From Eledone cirrhosa (taxonomy: Eukaryota), in NCBI GenBank assembly GCA_964016885.1, contig OZ024749.1, positions 23,126,001 to 23,190,000 on the forward strand: a stretch of DNA of 64,000 bases, in the 5' to 3' direction. Below the pieces are notes generated by a model that had not been told where the DNA came from, made no database searches, and saw only the letters and a program-made list of their open reading frames with translations. Of this stretch, positions 55,803 through 64,000 are shown one piece after another. Positions within the stretch are counted from its first letter, which is position 1; every line of letters begins with the position of its first letter. Both the position numbers and the translations under genes were made by a program.

Positions 55803-56613
55803 TTATTTCTACTTTAGGCACAAGGCCAGCAATTACCCAGTACATTACTGGTACTTTATTTTATCGACCCCGTAAGGATGAAAGGCAAAGTTAACCTCGG
55901 CGGGTTCGAACTCAGACTGTAAAGGGATGTTACTATGCTAGAAATCATGGCGTCCAACCCTCTACCGATACTGCCAATTCACCGCCCTTAATAACAATAA
56001 TAATGTAATAACAATAATAATTGTTTCTACTTTAGGCACAAGGCCAGCAATTAACCAGTGCATTACTGGTACTTTATTTTATCGACCCCGTAAGTATGAA
56101 AGGCAAAGTCAACCTCGGCGGGATTTGAACTCAGATCGTAAAGGGACGTAACTATGCTAGAAAGCATGGCGTCCGACCCTCTACCGATACTGCCAATAAT
56201 AATAAATAATAATGTTTCTACTTTTGTCACAAGGCCAGCATTTACCCAACTGCATTACTGGTACTTTATTTTATCGACCCCCGTAAGGATGAAAGGCAAA
56301 GTTAACCTCAGCGAATTTCAACTGAGAACGTAAAGGGCCATAATAACTCTATGCTGCAAAGAATGGTGTCTGACGCTCTATTGATACTGCCAAACCACCA
56401 CCCTTATAATAACAATAATAATAATAATAATAATTGTTTCTACGTTAGGCACAAGGCCAGCAATCACCAGTGTATAACTGGTACTTTATTTTATCGACCC
56501 CGTAAGGATGAATGGCAAAGTTAACCTCGGCGGGATTTGAACTCAGGGCAGTAACTTTATGCGTCAAAGCATGGCGTCCGACCCTCTATCGATACTGCCA
56601 ATCCACCTCCCCT
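55803..56613 (-). mobile_element. Head-to-tail array of four family-1 SINEs separated by (AAT)n
   Basis: Copies at ~55803-55988, 56019-56196, 56212-56404 and 56432-56613. Confidence 0.92.
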
Positions 56614-57022
56614 AATAATAATAATAATAATAAGAGTTTAGATCAATATAGGAGGATTTCGATCTAGAAGCTTACAATTTGCTCAACAAATCAATTTGGA
56701 GTACAAGCATAGTCTGAATTGTAAGGCAGCATTCCCAGCCAGGGGCAATACACTTGAATCAGAGGGGATTTATTGTTACAACTGCGGAACATATGAAAAC
56801 GTTAAATTACTCTAAATTTCCGCCATTTGAAATGGCCAGTATCTCTTTGTTTAGCACACAAAGCTGCCAGAATAAGGAAATTGACATTTTTAGTAACCGC
56901 ATGAACAAACAAAAGATTTAGGTCCCCTGAATAAGCTTGCGGAAATCAAGCTGAATCTTTGACGTTGTGACTACAATGGTTTAATATAGATCAATCTGTC
57001 TTTCTATCACTCTCTCTCACTC

Positions 57023-57084
<62 letters not shown>

Positions 57085-57207
57085 CTCTCCCCCTCTCTCT
57101 CTCTCTCTTTCTCTCCTTAGAGAGGGAGAAATGGGGTATATATATATATTATATATATGCTAGCGTAAGTATACATCTGTATAAATATGTTGGTAGATAT
57201 ACTAATT

Positions 57208-57254
<47 letters not shown>

Positions 57255-57430
57255 GAAACGGTTCAGGACCCCGACGGCAGAGCTCAAGCCGTTTCGACGG
57301 CTATTTCTGAAATAGCCGCCGAAACGGCTTGAGCTCTGCCGTCGGTGTCCTGAACCTTTTCCTATTACCCATTCTACTACCTAAAGTATCAAATACTCTG
57401 GTGTGTTATGGTCCATCTGGTTCCTTACCA
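57255..57430 (+). mobile_element. GACCCC-family fold-back insert
   Basis: Hairpin 57260-57356 turning at tatttctgaaata. Confidence 0.85.
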
Positions 57431-57699
57431 GTGTTAAATCAACATATATGATGATTTAACACTTCACTGCTCGCAAGTGTTTTTTAAGCTTCATATCATG
57501 TCTCCCTATTTTATCTGATGAGAATGCAAATATCATTCCATGATGATATTTGCTTTTGAAATGCGCATTTATTAAATACATGGAACTCTTTTAACCATCT
57601 TTTGATTTTATATTATTTACACTCCAGTCCTATAAACTGTTGAGTGCTACTTATCCGATATTTGCATTGCTTTATTGTGCTACAATAAAGCTCACCTCC

Positions 57700-57751
<52 letters not shown>

Positions 57752-57793
57752 AGGTGAGTTTTATTGTAGCACAAAAAAGCAATGCAAATATCG
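57431..57793 (+). mobile_element. PLE2-family pLTR fragment with HHR (~57509-57576) and small fold-backs at both ends
   Basis: Homologous to 25250-25504. The 3' end is mirrored across (TA)n at 57748-57793. Confidence 0.8.
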
Positions 57794-58444
57794 CTAATTT
57801 CTACCCGCCGAAATGCGATTCTCGCTAAATTATATTTGTATTAATCTCGCAAGTCAAGCGATTAACCAGTTAATTTTATTTGGCTTTTTAGTTATTCTAT
57901 TGACTGATTAATCGCTTAAGTTTATTTTAAAACGACTCGGTAGAGCGCTTAATTCGTTTTGTGCGGTTTTTGCCAATTTTTGCAATAACTACACATGCTG
58001 AATTCACTGGCCAAAATAGGGGTTTTCACCCCTTAGATTCTCGCATGTGCTTTCATAACCTGCAAGAGTCTGCCGACAGAAGAACAAAGATCCGTTGAGA
58101 AAGCGATGCCTTGTTCGGTCTCTATACCAAAAGCTTATTTTTATAAGCAGACAGTATTATTGATTTAGGCGTTGCAGAAACCCACTTTCGGAGCATTCCA
58201 ATGAAGGGTCCGGGTAAATATTTCAATCATATCTCATTTTGTTTGACCCGTTTTAGCTTGTTCGCTTCTTTGGCTATGGTGGTTAATGGCTTCTTAACCA
58301 TCGTCTCAGCGTGTATGACCTTTTTAACTTATGATTATAGCTCAGGTATCTTCTTCAGTTCCATCGAGCGCTTGTCAGCACAATATGAAAGTTGCGTTTC
58401 GCTAATTTCCACCCGCCGAAATGCGATTCTCGCTAAATTACATT

Positions 58445-58447
<3 letters not shown>
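57793..58447. repeat. ~608-bp unit bounded by a ~45-bp direct repeat
   Basis: gctaatttc(t/c)acccgccgaaatgcgattctcgctaaatta at 57793 and 58401. Confidence 0.75.
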
Positions 58448-58490
<43 letters not shown>

Positions 58491-58496
<6 letters not shown>

Positions 58497-58742
58497 GAAA
58501 GTGAACAACACAAAATATAACAACTCCATTACCAAAGGTTTCTACACCTTAAACAATATTAATATACGTCTGGATCGTTCACCAGACAGAGATGTTATAT
58601 GCATAACATCTCTCTCTGATGAACGATCCAGACGTATATTAATGGAATAGATATTTATTCTGCTGTTCACTTTCTAATTAAATAGCTCTGTTCTATACAT
58701 AGAGCACTCTTTTTTCCTGTGCTTTGTCTTCAGAATTACCTA
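58491..58742 (+). mobile_element. TA-flanked fold-back insert
   Basis: Hairpin 58557-58643 centred near atgcat; outer arms taattagaaagtgaaca / tgttcactttctaatta; tail similar to 41011-41068. Confidence 0.75.
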
Positions 58743-58787
<45 letters not shown>

Positions 58788-59863
58788 CTCCCTTCTCCCC
58801 TGCTCTCACTCTCTACCTCTATCTCTTTCTCTTGCTATATGTAGAAATCGAAATACATTCTTAAACACCCCGTTACGTGATTCAGTTCACGGGCGGACAC
58901 TCACTCACTCAGGCACATTCTTACAGCAGCCAGCCCGTCACGAATCTAGATGTTGCACTTCCAGTCACGTAAGCCACACCCTTCCATATAATCAACGTGG
59001 AAATGAAGCATCTTGCTCAAAAACATAACTCTACGCCAATCCCTTGAATCGTACCCAAACTTGTATATACTCGTGTCTAAAACTCTAAACATTATATTGC
59101 ACGCATCCACCTGTGTAGAGGATGGAAATATCAATAATTAAAAATATTTTGACAAACATTCAGTTAGCTTTACATTGGATTAAGTTTAAGTGGGAGTGGG
59201 TGCATGATTTTTGATTGGTGCGTGTAATTTAACCAATCGTAGTGAACATATCTAAAAAAAAAGTCTAAAATCTGTCGTAAGCCAGAACGCTCATTTGGCC
59301 GGTGCTTATCCCGGTTTCCTTTGCGTGAAGCGGCAGAGAGTAAAATAACCCCCCCCCTCCCGGGACAGGACGCCAATCCATCGCAGGGTTAAATCTCCAG
59401 CTATTGTATATCTACAATATCATATCTACAAAACATATCTACAATACAAATATATTTATATACAGAAATACGACATATGATTAATGTATTAAGAAAATCT
59501 CAAAATACTTTCTATGTAAAGAGGATTATTTTTCATATTAAGTTCCTGTCACAGCTGGTATTGGCCTTTAACTTCCTGTCTACAGCAATGATATGATATG
59601 AAGAAAGATTAGAAGGTGTATGAATAAGATATAATAACAAAAACAACTGAAAATTACACACAGAATCAAACATGTCTACCTTTAGCATTCGAAATCAAAC
59701 GTTTTACGTTAAACAATCTCGGTGATGTATTTGTGTGTCGAGAAATTTTGATCGGAGACTTTAACATGGTGAATGAAAAATTTAACTCGTGGAAGAATAC
59801 TTTTGGCCTTTCTATATATATACATACATACACACATATATATACATGTATATATATAAATAA

Positions 59864-59921
<58 letters not shown>

Positions 59922-59977
59922 ATATATATAATATATATATATATATGTATATATATATACACACACACATACGTATG

Positions 59978-60017
<40 letters not shown>

Positions 60018-60043
60018 TACATTATATACATATATCTATATAT

Positions 60044-60115
<72 letters not shown>

Positions 60116-60118
60116 ACA

Positions 60119-60170
<52 letters not shown>

Positions 60171-60188
60171 GATGTATATATATAAATG

Positions 60189-60239
<51 letters not shown>

Positions 60240-60696
60240 CAAAGAAAGTGTGGTAAGAAACCAGGTGAACCTTAACGCACCAGGGTACTCGATACTTAGG
60301 GGAGTAGAGTGGGTAATAGGAAATGAGTCAGAACCCTAACTGTCGAAACGGTCCGAGATCAGCCGTATATATATGCCGTATTTTAATTTGTTTTGCAAGA
60401 TTTCTTATCTGAAAACGTGTGTTGGAACAGACATTGTTACACTTCGGGAGGGTCATGCTGCCAATAAAAACACACGTATAAGAAACAGGGAATAGTGTAT
60501 ATATATATATATACCAAATAAATATTCTTCCATAGAATATGTATTTGGAAAATATACCGTGGTTCTTATACAATATATGGCTCTTTCTGTACATAAATAT
60601 ATTTTTTCATTTTGCTCTTATGTCTCTAGATGAAGACTATTGAGGTTTCTTATTGAGAAAAACAAAATTAGAGACATATTTAATATGTTTTGAGTC

Positions 60697-60740
<44 letters not shown>

Positions 60741-60781
60741 TTCAAAATATAAAAAAATAGATATTCTTGTGATCAAGTATA

Positions 60782-60844
60782 TTTTATTATACATATTTCA
60801 GAGGTACTGAGTTAACTTCAATAGTACGTCCTCATCAGATAAAA
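60782..60844 (-). ncRNA. Type I hammerhead ribozyme
   Basis: ttttat-CTGATGA-ggacgtact...agtacctct-GAAA-tatgta-TA-ataaaa. Confidence 0.75.
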
Positions 60845-61008
60845 TAAGATGATGCATGACATACCCTGACATAGTAGATGGTTAAGATTCAGTCATGGTA
60901 GTGAGTAATATATGAAAACAGTCAATATTTATATACCTTAACATGAGAAAAATATATAATACATACAATAGAGATGGTCTTTGATTTATTCATTGAACCT
61001 TGATTAAC

Positions 61009-61079
<71 letters not shown>

Positions 61080-61274
61080 AACGAGTAGGACCCCGACGGC
61101 TGAGCTCAAGCCGTCTAGACGGCTAATTCTGGACTAAATTTTGACTAAGTAAAGGGGTTAATCCAGTGTTCTAATTAGCTTGCCAAGTCATGCTGACAGG
61201 AAATAGTAAAGAACTTCCATTCTAGCTCTAATGTCAAAGAGTGAACGTTAGATGGATAAAGGGTTGTCTCACTT

Positions 61275-61375
<101 letters not shown>

Positions 61376-62079
61376 GTCGTCGCACTCTGCGTGACCCTGC
61401 CAGAGACAAACATCAGAAAATATATAAAAAATGTAGAAGGGTACTTCAAATTTTGTATTGGTAATTGTAATTTATAGAATCAGTGTGATCTACATGATAG
61501 TTGTACAGAATGAATATGTGTGTATATGTATGTGTGATGGTATGTGTTACTGCACTTGTGTATATACAAATATACATACATACATATATACATACACACA
61601 CAGATATATATATAATATTAAATAATATATATATGTATATACACAAATATATCTCCCTCTCTCTCTATATATACATATATACAAATATATATATATATAT
61701 ATATATAATAGAATGTCATATATGTTTGTGTGTAAGTGTTTATAAATGTGAGTATGCACATTGTTTTGCTTGCATTGTTTACTTGTGTGTATGAAATATA
61801 TATATATATATATAAACATATATAACACGAAGATGCGTGACGTGCGACAGAGAAGCAAGGAAGCAACATATACTAATGTTATATCATCGGGAAGTACCTG
61901 GTGAGAAGAGCTAAGCTGAGTTTGAACGATAGCCACAGTATTCCACCTTTTATTTGGCGTTGATTTCCCGACAGGCAACTCGATTTATATCCATTTTGTT
62001 ACAAAATAAGTTCGTTTAGCTGAAGGGCAAACATTTAAAAGAATATAAAAATAAAAAAAAGTAAGAAAATGAAAAATAA

Positions 62080-62153
<74 letters not shown>

Positions 62154-62509
62154 CACACACACATATATATATATATACATTACATATATATATACACACA
62201 CACATATATATATATGTGTGTGTGTGTGTGAGTGTGTGTGTGTCTGTGTGTGTGTGTGTGTGTATATATCAACAAACGAAACCACAAAAATCTAACTTGA
62301 AACCAGGAAACAAAATGGATGATACTGTTTTGTATCTTGTCCACGTTTGTTTTATATAATTTTTTGGGTTGCTTCTTTTTTATTATCCGTTACTTTATTT
62401 ATTTATTGTTGTTCTCTCATTTTGTTTTTATTTAAATGTTATCTTTGTTTCATGTTTGTGGTCGTACGAACATTAATCTTCAAAAAGCCGGTGGCAATGA
62501 TTGCATGAT

Positions 62510-62645
62510 GTGTATGTATGTATGTATGTATGTATGTATGTATGTATGTATGTATGTATGTATGTATGTATGTATGTATGTATGTATGTATGTATGTATG
62601 TATGTATGTACGTATGTATGTATGTATGTACGTATGTATGTATAT
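62510..62645. repeat. (TATG)n microsatellite
   Basis: Direct reading. Confidence 0.95.
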
Positions 62646-62687
62646 ATGTGTGTATGTATGTATGTTTGTTTATATGTATGCATGCAT

Positions 62688-62720
<33 letters not shown>

Positions 62721-62779
62721 CATATGTATATATATTATTTATTTATCTCCCTCTGTCTCCCTCTATACATATATGTATA

Positions 62780-62860
<81 letters not shown>

Positions 62861-63009
62861 CTTAATCACTACCACCAACACCTCAAACGAAATGCGCGTC
62901 ACTAGTTAATAAACGTTATGAAGACTTAACAAATTGTTGAGCACTCGATGTTTAGGTTCACATTAGTTGTGAGATGTAGAGATAGAGTGTATTATAATAA
63001 TACAAGAAC

Positions 63010-63776
63010 TTGCCTAAGGCTTTCTTCACAATCTTAGAAAAAACTTCCCAGTCGCCCACAACTATCCTAATCTCATCAATAAAAATACCATTAAAATCTC
63101 TTACTCTACCACACCTAACATCGCGTACCATATATCTAGTAGTAATAAAAGGAAGATTAATAATTATTTCCAACTAATTAAATCGCAACAGGGGGTAAAT
63201 GTACATAGCACCCTAATACCAGAGAATTCTAGTAGCAATAACAGTAATAGCACTAATGAAATTCATAACAATCATTACCCTTATGCAATCCCTAACAACC
63301 ATGCATCTACACGTCATACTAACAGGCAAGCAACCAACCAGAATAACTGTAACTGTAGAACAAATAGAACTTGCCCCCGAGGTACAAATTGTTTAATCAA
63401 AGACCTCATTTTCTCATTCACAGTCAATACAAACATCTCTTCAAAAACATATGTCGGTTCTACTTCGAACTGCTTCAAGACGAGATATAACTCGCATCTC
63501 CACACTTTCAAAAATCGCAATCTAGCCCACTCCACATCTTTATTTAACTACCTACACTATCTGAAAACTAAAACTAGACATTACACACTTCAACGGGGAG
63601 TAATAGATAAGGCCGCATCGCATAAACCACCGAATAAATTATGTAACCACTGTCTTCTAGAGACTCGCACTATAATCTATTCTAAACTAAACCTCTTAAA
63701 TAGACAATCAGAAATTTTATCCATGTGCCAACACTACCACCGACACTCTTTCCACAACTTTAAACCTAGATGCTAG
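63010..63776 (+). pseudogene. PLE5: truncated thumb-linker-GIY-YIG, not in the ORF track
   Basis: IKISYSTTPN...NCNCRTNRTCPRGTNCLIKDLIF...TYVGSTSNCFKTRYNSH...LCNHCLLE...LLNRQSEILSMCQH. Preceded by an inverted pLTR piece (~62938-63000) related to 36597-36660. Confidence 0.85.
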
Positions 63777-64000
63777 TATATAACAATGTCAGATCTGGAT
63801 TCTTCACCACCATTAACACTTCACCTCTAGGTTTTATCAGCATATATTTATCCTCACAGTATCACACTCTATGATCAGCTCATTTCTCTACTTACCTCCT
63901 ATTTATATCAATTCTTATACTCTACAATAACTATTAAGAACAAACATAAAGTTACCACCATTTAATATAACTACTATAGCTTACTTATATTTTATTCAGT

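Noticed and set aside
55803-56613. CRISPR-like regularly spaced repeats (also 44613-44781)
   Set aside because: The units are ~190-bp SINEs or a spacerless minisatellite; there are no unique spacers or cas genes and the context is eukaryotic.

Overview
Eukaryotic, very AT-rich and microsatellite-dense DNA. The SINE families and (TA)n load suggest an octopod cephalopod (inference). No host gene can be called with confidence. The window is a mosaic of retroelements inserted in simple repeats. There are five Penelope-like element (PLE) bodies: four of a CxCx5C-linker type (5.1-7.0, 20.3-22.1, 29.3-29.6 and 63.0-63.8 kb) and one near-complete Neptune-type element (48.8-54.9 kb). Also present are Tx1/L1-like LINE fragments beside (GATA)n, an R4/Dong-like fragment in (AAT)n, and tRNA-derived SINEs. 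Three signals stand out. (1) The Neptune-type PLE has an upstream coiled-coil/basic ORF1 that overlaps the RT-GIY-YIG ORF in the -1 frame, with an in-phase U-UUU-UUA slippery heptamer, an 8-nt spacer and a stem-loop, i.e. a candidate gag-pol-like programmed frameshift. (2) More than 20 type I hammerhead ribozyme (HHR) motifs from about 15 families were found by eye, including ORF-less tandem units of ~319, ~428 and ~660 bp (retrozyme-like) and U3-A8 core variants. (3) Many (TA)n-flanked inserts are fold-back inverted duplications whose turn-round point lies in a hairpin, a short palindrome or the TA tract itself. All coordinates were read by eye and element boundaries are approximate.
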